In this document: piece after piece, positions 12,984 through 24,400 of the stretch
How the letters are laid out: each line of letters begins with the position of its first letter
Position numbering within the stretch: position 1 is the first letter of the stretch
DNA from: Kondoa subrosea
Lineage: Eukaryota
Direction of reading: 5' to 3'
Assembly (NCBI GenBank): GCA_039545335.1
Contig: BCIN01000005.1
Location: 834,641-898,640 of the forward strand
DNA: 64,000 bases
The notes under the pieces: generated by a model
Databases searched by the model: none
Seen by the model: only the letters and a program-made list of their open reading frames with translations
Told to the model about the DNA's origin: nothing
Program-made: the position numbers and the translations under genes

Positions 12984-13702
12984 TTATACCATATTCGCGC
13001 TCGGTAAAGGAGCTTTCGTTCTAGGCGCTTCGTACGCCGGCAATGCTTCATCTTTCGGCGGTTCAGCGTTCCATTGCTGCTGCGTGTAATATTGTGTAGC
13101 TTGTGGCCTTGGACTTCCATCAGGATTGCTGCAAGAACACGTAAGGAAATAGAAAACAACGTGAGAGATAAAGAAGCTTACTAGATTGAGTATGAAGGAC
13201 CGTATGGAACTTGCATAAGAGGTGCAGAGTTTCTTTTAGCAGCTTGATCGCGTAATATTGCCATTCTTCTTCTTCGCATCCGAAGTATTAAGCTGAGTGA
13301 CTATATTTTATAATCAGCAATGCCCGTCAATCCATGATCGACAAACTTACGAGTCTGTAAGTCATACAAAACTTCATATCAGAATGACTGAATGCCGATG
13401 ACGCTGTAACTTACAAGAAGACGACAAGTCTGTGAGTTGTAGAATTGGAACTTATCAGCCAAAGCTGAACCGCCCAATCATCGCACTCACGCAGATACAA
13501 TCCAAGCAATTGTGTAGCCTTTGACACCTCCGTCAACGTTTGAACTGATCGAAGAAATGAGCTTGAAGTGCATCAACACATTACAGCTAAAAACGGACCA
13601 ATCATAACTCAGTGAGCCGTCCTTGCATCGGTATAGACTTTGACCTCCGATTGGAGACAGAGACTCGGTAGCAGAGGGAGAGATACCGGTTGTGGTAGAC
13701 AT
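12984..13702 (-). CDS. Small single-pass membrane protein with C-terminal LPAY (PY) motif; 6 exons including 15-nt and 4-nt micro-exons
   Basis: Spliced product MSTTTGISPSATESLSPIGGQSLYRCKDGSLSYDCSNVDGGVKGYTIAWIVSALVVFLLSLSLILRMRRRR...DEALPAYEAPRTKAPLPSANMV. All introns are GT-AG and the frame is continuous. Confidence 0.7.
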
Positions 13703-14007
13703 CTGAAGATTCGTGGCAAATATGTATTTGTGTGAGAAGGTAGAGCCAGTCAGTGACTAGAGAGTCTGATTGAAGTAAATTGAAGTGATTTAAGGCGCGC
13801 TGTGCAGAAAGATCCAGCAAATGATGGTTTAACAACAACTCGTCATAGTCATGCCGCTCACCAGGTGATAGGTGGCGACAGTCTGCGAATAGGGCTATGA
13901 CTCTCAAGAACATAACGTCGATAGCCTGTCGATCTCCAATGAATGATACAAACCAAAGCAATCGATTTCAAAGCAATTCACACCAGAACACTTCTTCATG
14001 ACCCAAA

Positions 14008-15164
14008 TCACTTCTCCTCCTCGTCCTTCTTTTTCTCTTCTTCTTCTTCTTCAGCAACGAAATCGCAAACCGTATGAGGTGGTCCTCTCACACTTCCCAA
14101 ACTAGCTCTAATCCTTTGATCCTTCTTCTTCTGGGGCATTGGAAACAATACTTTAATTTTCTTGCCAACTTTAATCTCAGCATCACTCATACTAGTAAAC
14201 GCACTTTTACCCTCTTCCAAATCATCAGAAAAAGTAGGTGAAGAAGAAGAACCAGCACAATAGAAAGAAGAAGTTGCACGAGTGGTATGTTTTGAAGAAT
14301 TTTTAGGGAAAGTAGCTGTTGTAGACGTAGGTAAACTTCTCCATGCTGTAGGTGATAAATCGTTCTCCAAGCTTTCTAAAGGTAAAGGAAGTGGTTTTGA
14401 TTTAGGTTTTGTAGAAGGAGGTTGAACTTTAGGTAGAAGGGAGCGAAGTCGTTGTTGTTCTGATTTCTTGGCTTGATCTTCACTTGCTTTAGCAGCTTTC
14501 CTACCCTGCTCGTTGAATCTAGCTTCAGCTTATAGTGAAGCAAAAGCGGCAAGGAATGACGAACAGCTTCTATAGCAGCACGCAGATCAATCACGGGTGG
14601 AGGTTGTTTCCTCCTTCTCCTCTCTTCTTTAGTAGCAACCGGTAATGGAGGAACAGGTGATTCCTTCCTCTTCTCCCTCATACGCTTGACCTCCACTACT
14701 TCCACTTTCGATTGATGTGAAGGATTGCCTAGAGCACCTAACCATTGATTCAACTTCTTCCCTGGTGTCAAAGGAGTTTGTGGTGGTTTCCATTTCGTTG
14801 ACGAGGTAGAATGGGAAGAAGTTGCCTTCTGTTTGGATGAAAGACGTCGCTTGCACCATAAATAGCCCAGACATGATAGGATGACAAGACAGACTAGTAG
14901 AGGGATAACAATGGCTGCTGCTGACGTTTTGTGAGAGATAGGTTTGGGTAAAGAAGATTCCAATTCGATTGTTGGTGAGACTGTAGCTTGACCTTGTGCT
15001 AGAGTGAAAGGTGCCGTAGAAGACATCTCTGACGATGGCTACAATGAATGAGCACAAGCGGGACAGAGGAACAGAAAGATGCTAACCTGTAGAACGGATG
15101 TTGCACCGATCTTTCGACTCATACTAGCGAGACCAGCTCGTGAACTAGATACAATAGCAGGCAT
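14008..15164 (-). CDS. Single-pass membrane protein with basic/Pro-rich cytoplasmic tail (intact copy, 3 exons)
   Basis: MPAIVSSSRAG...|PSSEMSSTAPF...AAAIVIPLLVCLVILSCLGYLWCKRR (TM). An intron after AAIEA joins it in frame to the 14008-14370 ORF. Confidence 0.75.
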
Positions 15165-18100
15165 AGTATGACCCACGATTCGACGACGAGAACAAGCTGC
15201 AGAGATAAGTCTGACCGGAGCCAAAGTGCAAGATTGGATGTCGTACACCAGTCGACAAAGGGAATCATTTTTGCCTAGCCAGAGGAGTGACCGGAGTTAG
15301 ACGAGCCTATCCAGAGCGGTTCTTCGTCTACCACTCAAGCAGGCCTCGACATTCTTTCCACAGGTCGACTTCCTCTTTGTAGAGATCCTTCACGCAAGGT
15401 TTGCAGCTCGAACCACAACAAGCATCTAATTCCAGTGCAGCAGGTGGCCCAGCATTCAGACAGATCTTGAGCAGCTGCTTCTTGCGAGTTGTTGCCAGTC
15501 TGTGCATTGCAGCATAACTCTCGACGAATTCTTTGATATTCTCTTCACTGGGGTGCGTGCTCTCCATCTCACAGCTGAGACGCAGCTGTCCGAACACTTC
15601 TGACAGCAAGACTTGAGCTGAGAGCTCGTTGTTTGGGTAAACCTGGAACGAGCAACATCTCGAATGGCAGAACCAGTCGTAGAGAGCACACCGGTAGCTC
15701 AGACTGCTGTCGAATCCAAAGAATCTAGCCCGCCGCCGTCCTACCATAGCAAGGAGTCTTCAACAGAAACGTCAGAAGTGTCGAATGCAACACCTGCAAC
15801 TGTCGATGGAACTACGCCTGCTGTAGAGTCTTCAAGTACGCCTGCGGTAGAGAAGAAGCTTCCACTAAAAGCAGGTAAGCTCTACTTCGTCCTATGACTT
15901 GAAAACGCGTTGACCTCGTAATGTCACTAGGTGCTAAGGCTCCCTTGAAACCTGCTACAACAGCAAGGAAACCTTTAACCAAGCCACCTGTATCCAGTGC
16001 GCCCATCAGAGCAGCGCGACAGTCCCTAGCCCCAACTTCAACGAAACCTGCAGCTCGCTTGAACGCATCTACTTCCTCTTCCACTTCCGCTCCAAGTAGT
16101 ACTAAACCATCTCTACCGTCCTCTACCACNACNACGACGAGGAAACCTTTACTTCCCTCATCTTCTTCTTCGACAACTAATGGACCTGCTCGTGAACGCG
16201 TTCGAACTACAAGCGCTAATTCAACAGCTTCTGGTGCTACTGTGCGACCAAGAGTAGCTAGTACCGTGAAGAATGTGCCTCTACCTTCTTCTTCTTCTGC
16301 TGCAAAACCTGGTCCTCCAGCTGTAGCTGCGAGGGGGATTACAAGACCTTTGACGAAAGCTGTGACGAAACCTGTTCTGCCGAGTACGAGTACAAAGGAG
16401 AGTACGAAGGATAAGGAAATAGAGGAGCTGAAGGAAAAGGTACCTCGACATTTCTCAATCATCTTGGGGCTGATTTTCGACATGTCGCTTTGTACAGCTC
16501 GCCAAAGCTGAAGCTTCTTTAGCTGACCGGATACCATCAACTGAAGTAGATGAGCTGAAAGAGAAGGTACGCGATCGCATGTCTTCACCTTCGGGTGATG
16601 TAGACGCTGTCGATGTACAGCTAAAGCAAGCAGAAGAGAAGCTGGCTAGTCAAGATTCTTCGTCTGATGTAGCGGAACTGCAGAAGAAGGTATGCTGACA
16701 GTCTCCTCAGCAGCTTTTTGGCGCTAAAGGCGTTTTCATATGCACAGCTGCAACAAGTCGAAGAACGACTAGCTTCTCAAGATACGTCTACAGAAGTAGC
16801 GGATCTGACAGTAAAGGTGCGTCAAGGACTGCGTGTACACTGCTTGTACTGAAGCAGACCATGTTTTACGCACAGCTCAGTGAAGCAGAATCTAGACTCG
16901 CTTCGCACGATCCAGAGGAGCTTTCAAACCTCAAATCTCAGGTGCGTTATATCTTCCTCTTGCCATAACATTGGCTCACGAGTGAAGTACCGACGTACAG
17001 CTCACCCAATCTGAGTCCGCTCTCGAATCTACTAAATCAGAACTCTCCACCCTCCAAAGAACCGTCTCCGAACTTTCCTCCCTCAAAGAAACGTCTGCTT
17101 CTACTCTTGAACAGCTCACTTCAACTCAAGCAGAACTTTCAGATGCGTTAAGTAAATTAGCAACCTTATCAACTGAATCGGAAGGCAAAGTGAAACTGGA
17201 ACAAGATTTCGAAAACGTTTCCTCTGAATTATTAGGCGAACGAACAAAATTGATGGAGATGCAAGAAAAGTTCGAAAGGTTGACTGAGCAACATTCTGGT
17301 TCTCTACAAGATTCAATCAACAAAGCAGAAGCTGCTGATCTTGAACTAGAGCGATTCAAGAAAGAGCATACTGAACTCAACGAAATCCAGCAAACGTTGG
17401 AAGCTAAATACAATGCTACGGAAGAGAAACTGCAACAAGTACAAGAACGTCTCAATATAGCAGAAGAACTTAAAGACGCCCTAAAAAAGAAGACTGAAGA
17501 GTATGACGAACTCAAGCAACACTTTGAAGAGACTAAGAATGCCGTTCGAGAGAAACATGGAGCCATGCACACTGATATGCATAACCTAAAAGCGGAACTT
17601 GAAGAACAGAAACAATTAAATCAAGCTAAAGAACAACAATTGGCTAGCGTGCAAGAAGAGCTACAGAAAGTCAAAGAAGGAGCTGCCCAATCGCAAGAAG
17701 ATGCTGTTCGCTCAGCGGTTGAGAAAAGTCAGCAAGACTCGTCCACGTCGCACGAGTCCCAGCTGCAGTCAGCGCTAGAGCAAGAGAGGAAAGCGTTGAG
17801 TGACAAGCATGAGTCTGCTCTTGCTTCCTTACAATGTAAGCACTTTCTTCTTTTAACTAATACGCTGAGCTGAGTCCACTGTGCAGCTGAACATACCGAG
17901 AGTCGAAGGGCTCACAAGTCACTACGAGAAGCGACTAGCTTCGGCAGACGATACAGCTCGAGAAGCCGCTTCGCAATCCCATATCGCAGAACTGCAGCAG
18001 TTCAGGAAACAAACTGAAGAGACAATATCTCAGGTTCGTGGGCATATTCCTGTTGTTCTTAAGCGGAACTCGAACCATTTGCTTGCGAACAGCTTCGCTT

Positions 18101-18865
18101 TTCCCACGCGTCAGAAATCGATTCCCTCAAAGCGTCTCAACAAACCGCTCTATCCTCCTCATCTGAAACTTTCAGTCATCAATTAGCAGCAGTCAAGATT
18201 GATCTTGAAGCTACACAACATGATCTAGCCAAATCTAAAGCTGAAACAATGCAGTTGAAAGCATTGGTGGAGAAAACTCAAGCGAGTTTAGACGAGAGTC
18301 AAATTACTTTAGCTCAAGCTTTGGATAAGAGCGGACAAGTTTCTTTTGAATCGGATGGACTGAAGCAATTGAAGCGGAAGTTAGCAGAGGTCAGTACGCT
18401 GGATCCCTATTCGGTTTATACTGATTTGGATGTGTGCAAACTGACAGGCGGATGAGAACTGTCAAATCATTCCAGAAGCTCTAGCATCAACTACTTCATC
18501 CTTTACTGCTGGAGAAGAAGAACTACAAAGTATGCGAGAAAGAGAATTGGCCGTAGCTGAAGAGAGACATGTTAAAGCGCTCAAGGAATCAGCTGATTCG
18601 CTGGCTAAATTACAAGTGGAACATCAAGAGACTGTACGGAAGTTAGAAAATGAATTACAAGAGCGACCTAGTGGTCATGTTAGGCAAAGCAGTCAAGAGC
18701 TGGTACGTCGATTTCTTGTTTGCGGAAGGCGCGAAGACTAACGATGAACAGGCTGCATTGCACAGAGCCCATAATGACAAGCTCAACGATATTTCCAAGC
18801 AATTGGAAGCAGTACAAGAAGAGAATCATAGATTGAAGCTGGAGATGTCTTTCATGAATCAAGAA
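14583..18865 (+). repeat. Segmental direct duplication, left copy (~4.3 kb)
   Basis: Colinear with 20858-25147 at an offset of ~6275-6282 bp, with the same three genes and the same intron positions. Confidence 0.97.
15328..15567 (-). CDS. Small Cys-motif protein, oxidoreductase-like N-terminal domain (Oxidored-like), copy 1
   Basis: 79 aa, MESTHPSEENIKEF...PPAALELDACCGSSCKPCVKDLYKEEVDLWKEC. The CCxSxCxPCVxDxY motif is characteristic, and the frame is conserved in copy 2. Confidence 0.75.
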   Translation of the reverse strand: MESTHPSEENIKEFVESYAAMHRLATTRKKQLLKICLNAGPPAALELDACCGSSCKPCVKDLYKEEVDLWKECRGLLEW

Positions 18866-19048
18866 GAAACACTACTGGCGACTTTCGAGTCATACTCAGC
18901 AAGAAGAGATTCTATGTATTTGCGATTACAGCGGAAGCGATCGATGATGACAATAGGCGCCTGGCGAGAAGAGGGCAATGACAACGGAAGTGTACAGACA
19001 GGACTTTATATCTCTGCAATGCGATACATACAAAGATATGGGATTTGA
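15664..19048 (+). pseudogene. Long coiled-coil protein with basic S/T/P-rich N-terminus, left copy; apparent 2-nt frameshift and lost native stop
   Basis: Same exons as 21946-25150. At ~17901-17904 it reads GAG-AGTC-GAAGG versus GAG-AAGCTT-GAAGG in the right copy, giving a premature TGA at 18015. The native TGA is replaced at the breakpoint (18865). Confidence 0.65.
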
Positions 19049-19902
19049 ATTCGAGTCTCGTGCTCTCCGTAGGGAAAGTGAAGTGCTGTCCCTAGAAGTA
19101 TGCCCGTCTTCGAGAGATTAGTATAACCATTTCAACCATTTCAACATGCTAGTCTAGCAGGGCGCGTACGCTGGCAGCTGTTCTGTACCTTCGCACATGA
19201 ATGTCTGATGCTACTCATCAGACAAACAACTTACCAGGAGGGAATGAAAGTGCTAACCTTGAAATCACGAACAGCATCCACGCAAGCATCCGAATTCAAC
19301 CATGGCTGAATGACAGATGCATAAACTTGAGGTGTGCGTCTGTCAATCGCACAAAGGGCTTCCGTGAACCAATTGTCCCAACATGGTTGGATCTGGCCTT
19401 GATCGTCGATTCGCGCAAGAGGCTTAAGGGTTATTTGAAGGAGGAAGGACTGTCGCAGATTATCAGTGAGCCGAAGAGCACAGACATTAGGCATTATCTA
19501 CGATTTCTCGAGGCTTCTTGCTATCCTTCACATGCAACAAGCTATATAGGAAAACTGGGCGATCTGTGAGATCAGGCAGATTATTCCGATCTGGGAACGC
19601 ACTGCTATAGTTGAACCACTGGTACAACGATTAGCTCATGAACCTTGCTTGGCTTGAAATTGACATACGGATTGGGCTCGAAGCAAGGAAGCAGCATCGC
19701 ACGAGCTCTGCAGGGAAGATTTACAGCTTTCCATGTCCGTGACGGCCTTGTCTACCGCTTTCGTTGACAAGGCTTGTGTCGGGAAATCATGAGGGCGCAT
19801 CAGATAATATGTCGCCAATGAATTGTCGTAGTGGACGATGTATAACTGCGTCTTTGCGACTTTGTCGCGCTTGCTACGTAGTCTGTCCATGAAAGAGAAC
19901 AT
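18859..19902 (-). CDS. Orphan multi-exon hypothetical protein in the spacer (3' exons uncertain)
   Basis: MFSFMDRLRSKRDKVAKTQLYIVHYDNSLATYYLMRPHDF...RAQS|WFNYSSAFPDRNNLPDLTDRPVFLYSLLHVKDSKKPREI|SFLLQITLKPLARIDDQGQIQPCWDNWFTEALC... stays open across two GT-AG introns. The C-terminal splicing is ambiguous. Confidence 0.55.
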
Positions 19903-20028
19903 TTCGTGTTGGCACAAGAGCGTTGTTCTGTTATGCGCGCCTATGAGGGCAATCTCATCAAAAATATTTTCTTTCAGCCACGACCAGAAAGCCGACCTTA
20001 GACATTCAAAGCACGCCAAACAATTGAT

Positions 20029-20803
20029 ATGTCACAAGCGCCGGCTGTGAGCAAGCTGTGCGAAACTCCGTTGAGATCGCTGACGCGTCTTCGTTTTGTT
20101 GTTTTTTTTTCCTTCTCATAGGCCATTGGTCTTGGAATAGTCGCTTCTGGGACTTCAGCATCTCTAGCTGCACTGGCCGCCACCTATACTACAGTGACGG
20201 ATCTTACCCCAGAACAAAAAGCAATCGACCTTACTTCCCTGGCTCTACCCAAAAAATGTTCTTTCCCTCTCTGCGGCCCGCTACTCAAAGAATGGTCCTG
20301 CTTTCCGTTTCATTGGTTGACAAGAAGTAGCTTTAGAACTTATTCGCCCCTCTTACCAGTCGAACGAACCTATGCTGGCCATACAGTCCAAACGGTGGAA
20401 CAGACAGTCCTGTGGAACAGATTGAAGGCTTACGATTTCGAATTGCAAGAGTTGCAGAAGGTTGTTGATGGTGCAAGTGAAAGGGAGATCACTTGCCAGA
20501 GCAGGAACTGGCCGGAGCAGGAAGCGAAGTGGCATAGGTTGCTGGAAGATGCTTTAACAAGAGTGGTGGCAGTCAGCCGCCTAAGAACTGTTGCTGAGGG
20601 TGTTCGTAATGACCTGCTGCGAGAAACGAGTGAGTTCTTCTGTTCATCAGATGCGGGATCTGACTGGATTATCAGAGATCAGATGGTCTCAAGATCCGAC
20701 TCGTTGGGAAAAAGCGCTGATTGTTGGCTTGGCGGCTAGTATACCTGGAAGTCTGATTGCTATCGTTGCTGTTGTTGTACCAGTAGTGCAAGCACAAAAA
20801 TAA
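20029..20803 (+). CDS. Orphan protein with hydrophobic N-terminus and C-terminal transmembrane tail, in the spacer
   Basis: ATG at 20029, intron 20047-20121 with a strong polypyrimidine tract, then AIGLGIVASGTSASLAALAATY..., an intron at ~20630 and last exon KIRWSQDPTRWEKALIVGLAASIPGSLIAIVAVVVPVVQAQK. Confidence 0.65.
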
Positions 20804-21446
20804 GGTCAAACAGCTGAGGGATAATGGTTTGATATTGCATGAAAATCTCATTCGCTTCAGGTAAATCACCGGAGGAGGATGTTTCCTTCGTCTCCTCTCT
20901 TCTTGTTTAGTAGCGACCGGTAATGGAGGAACAGGTGACCCTCTCCTCTTCTCCCTCATACGCTTGACCTCTACCATTTCCACTTTCGATTGAGGTGAAG
21001 AAGTGCTTAGAGTTCCTAACCATTGATTTAACTTCTTGCCTGGTGTCAAAGGCGTCTGTATTGGTTTCCATTTCTTAGTTGATGAGGTAGAATGGGAAGA
21101 AATAATCTTCTTTTTGGATGAAAGACGTCGTCTGTACCATAAATAGCCCAAACTTGATAGAATGACAAGACAGACTAATAGAGGGATAATAATGGCTGCC
21201 GCTGAAGTTTTGTGAGAGATAGGTTTGGGTAAAGAAGATTCCAATTCGATTGTTGGTGAAATTGTAGCTTGACCTTGTGCGAGAGTGAAAGGTGCTGCAG
21301 AAGACATCCCTGGCGATGGCTATATGGAAGAATGAGCATAAGCGGGAAAGAGACAAAACGGTGCTCACTTCTTGAATGGATGTTGCAACGATCTTTCGAC
21401 TCATGCTAGCGAGACCACCTCTTGTGCTAGACACAACAGCAGGCAT
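20672..21446 (-). pseudogene. Truncated right copy of the single-pass membrane protein gene (last intron and exon lost at the breakpoint)
   Basis: Homology to 14008-15164 stops at PPPVI(D/Y)L (~20858). The frame then runs antisense through the last exon of the spacer gene to a stop at 20672. Confidence 0.65.
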
Positions 21447-24400
21447 ATTTTGACCCAGGAGTCGACGACGAGAACAGAGTGCAGAGATAGGTGTGAACCG
21501 AGCCAAAGTGAAGGATTGGATGTTAGACACCATTTGACAAAGGGAATCATTTTTGCTTAGCCAGAGTAGTGACCGGAGTTAGACGAGCCTATCCAGAGCG
21601 GTTCTTCGTCTACCACTCAAGCAGGCCTCGACATTCTTTCCACAAGTTGACTTCCTCTTTGTAAAGATCTTTCACGCAAGGTTTGCAGCTCGAACCACAA
21701 CAGGCATCCAATTCCAGTGCAGCAGGTGGATCAGCATTCAGACAGATCTTGAGCAGCTGCTTCTTGCGCGTTGTTGCCAGTCTGTGCATTGCAGCATAAC
21801 TCTCGACGAATTCTTTGATATCCTCTTCACTTGGCTGTGTACTCTCCATTCCACAGCTGAGACACAGCTCTCCACACACTTCTGAAAGCGAGACTTGAGT
21901 TGAGAGCTCGTTGTTTGGGTAAACCTGGAACGAGCAACATCTCGAATGGCAGAACCAGTCGTGGAGAGCACGCCGGTAGCTCAGACTGCTGGCGAATCCA
22001 AAGAAACTAGCCCTCCGCCTTCCTATCACAGCAAGGAGTCTTCAACAGAAACGTCAGAAGTGTCGAATGCAACACCTGCAGCTGTCAATGAGGCTACACC
22101 TGTTGTAGAGCCTACAAGTACGCCTGCGGTAGAGAAGAAGCTTCCACTCAAAGCAGGTAAGCTCTACTTCGTCCTGTTATCTGAAAACGCGTTGACCTCG
22201 TATTGGCACTAGGTACTAAGGCTCCCTTGAAACTTGCTACAACAGCAAGGAAACCTTTGACCAAACCACCAGTATCTAGTGCGCCTATCAGAGCAGCGCG
22301 ACAGTCCCTAGCCCCAACTTCAACGAAACCTGCAGCTCGCTTGAACGCATCTACTTCCTCTTCCACTTCCGCTCCAAGTAGTACTAAACCATCTCTACCG
22401 TCCTCTACCACNACNACGACGAGGAAACCTTTACTTCCCTCATCTTCTTCTTCGACAACTAATGGACCTGCTCGTGAACGCGTTCGAACTACAAGCGCTA
22501 ATTCAACAGCTTCTGGTGCTACTGTGCGACCAAGAGTAGCTAGTACCGTGAAGAATGTGCCTCTACCTTCTTCTTCTTCTGCTGCAAAACCTGGTCCTCC
22601 AGCTGTAGCTGCGAGGGGGATTACAAGACCTTTGACGAAAGCTGTGACGAAACCTGTTCTGCCGAGTACGAGTACAAAGGAGAGTACGAAGGATAAGGAA
22701 ATAGAGGAGTTGAAGGAAAAGGTACTTCGACATTCTCCCAATCATCTTCAGGCTGATTCGCGAGCGTTTGTCCGGTACAGCTTGCTAAAGCTGAATCTTC
22801 TTCGGCTGACGGCACATCATCAACCGAAGTAGACGAGCTGAAAGACAAGGTACGCGGATCTATGTCTATACTTTTGGGTGATATTGACGGAGTCCGATGT
22901 ACAGCTAAAGCAAGCAGAAGAAAAGCTGGCTAGTCAAGATTCTTCGTCTGATGTAGCAGAACTGCAGAAGAAGGTGCGTTAAAAGCTCCTTCAACGCGCC
23001 GTACGATGCTAAGTCATGAAGCAGCTTCAACAAGTCGAAGCCCAACTAGCTTCTCAAGATTCGTCTACCGAAGTAGCGGATCTGACAGCAAAGGTGCGAG
23101 TAAGGGATTGAGTGTACACTGACTGTACTGACATGGTCTCCAATAAGCACAGCTCAAGGAAGCGGAATCCAGACTCGCTTCGCACAACCCAGAGGAGCTG
23201 TCAAAACTCAGATCGCAGGTGCGTTGTATGCTTTTCTTGCCATAGCAATGGTTTACGATTAAGAACCAATGTACAGCTCACCCAATCTGAGTCTGCTCTC
23301 GAAATTACTAAATCAGAACTCTCCACCCTCCAAAGGACCGTCTCCGAATTCTCCTCCCTCAAAGAAACCTCTGCTTCTACTCTTGAACAGCTCACTTCAA
23401 CTCAAGCAGAACTTTCAGATGCGTTAAGTAAATTAGCCACCTTATCAACAGAATCGGAAGGCAAAGTGAAACTGGAACAAGATTTAGAAAACGTTTCCTC
23501 TGAATTATTAGGCGAACGTACAAAATTGATGGAGATGCAAGAAAAGTTCGAAAGGTTGACTGAGCAACATTCTGGTTCTCTACAAGATTCAATAAACAAA
23601 GCAGAAGCTGCTGATTTTGAATTAGAGCGATTCAAGAAAGAGCATACTGAACTCAAAGAAATCCAGCAAACGTTGGAAGCTAAATACAGTGCTACGGAAG
23701 AGAAATTGCAACAAGTACAAGAACGTCTCAATATAGCAGAAGAGCTCAAAGATGCTTTAGCAAAGAAGTCTGAAGAGTATGATGAACTAAAGCAACAGTT
23801 TGAAGAGACTAAGAATGCCGTTCGAGAGAAACACGGAGCCATGCACACTGATATGCATAACCTAAAAGCGGAACTTGAAGAACAGAAACAATTGGCTCAA
23901 ACCAAAGAACAACAACTGGCTAGCGTACAAGAAGAGCTACAGAAAGTCAAAGAAGGAGCTACACAATCGCAAGAAGATGCTGTTCGCTCAGCGGTCCATC
24001 ACAGTCAGCAGGAAGCTTCTGCGTCGCATGAGTCCCAGCTGCAGTCAGCGCTGGAACAAGAGAGGAAAGCGTTGAGTGACAAGCATGAGTCTACTCTAGC
24101 TACTTTACAATGTAAGCACTTTCTTCTTTTTCACTGATACGCCGAGCTGAATTCGCTTTGCAGCTGAACATAGCGAGAAGCTTGAAGGCCTTACAAGTGA
24201 CTACGAGAAGCGACTAGCTTCGGCAAACGATACAGCTCGAGAAGCTGCTTCGCAATCCCATATTGCAGAACTGCAGCAATTCAGGAAACAAATGGAAGAG
24301 ACAATATCTCAGGTTCGTGGGCATATTCCTGTTGTTCTTAAGCGGAACTCGATCCATTTGCTTGCGAACAGCTTCGCTCTTCCCACGCGTCAGAAATCGA

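Noticed and set aside
15568..15747. 139-aa extended version of the Cys-motif ORF overlapping the coiled-coil gene (also 21850-22029)
   Set aside because: The extension starts at non-ATG codons and is simply antisense to the coiled-coil first exon. The first ATG gives the 79-aa product.
16498..16941. Regularly spaced repeat/spacer pattern resembling a CRISPR array
   Set aside because: The units are degenerate protein-coding exons separated by GT-AG introns in a eukaryotic gene.
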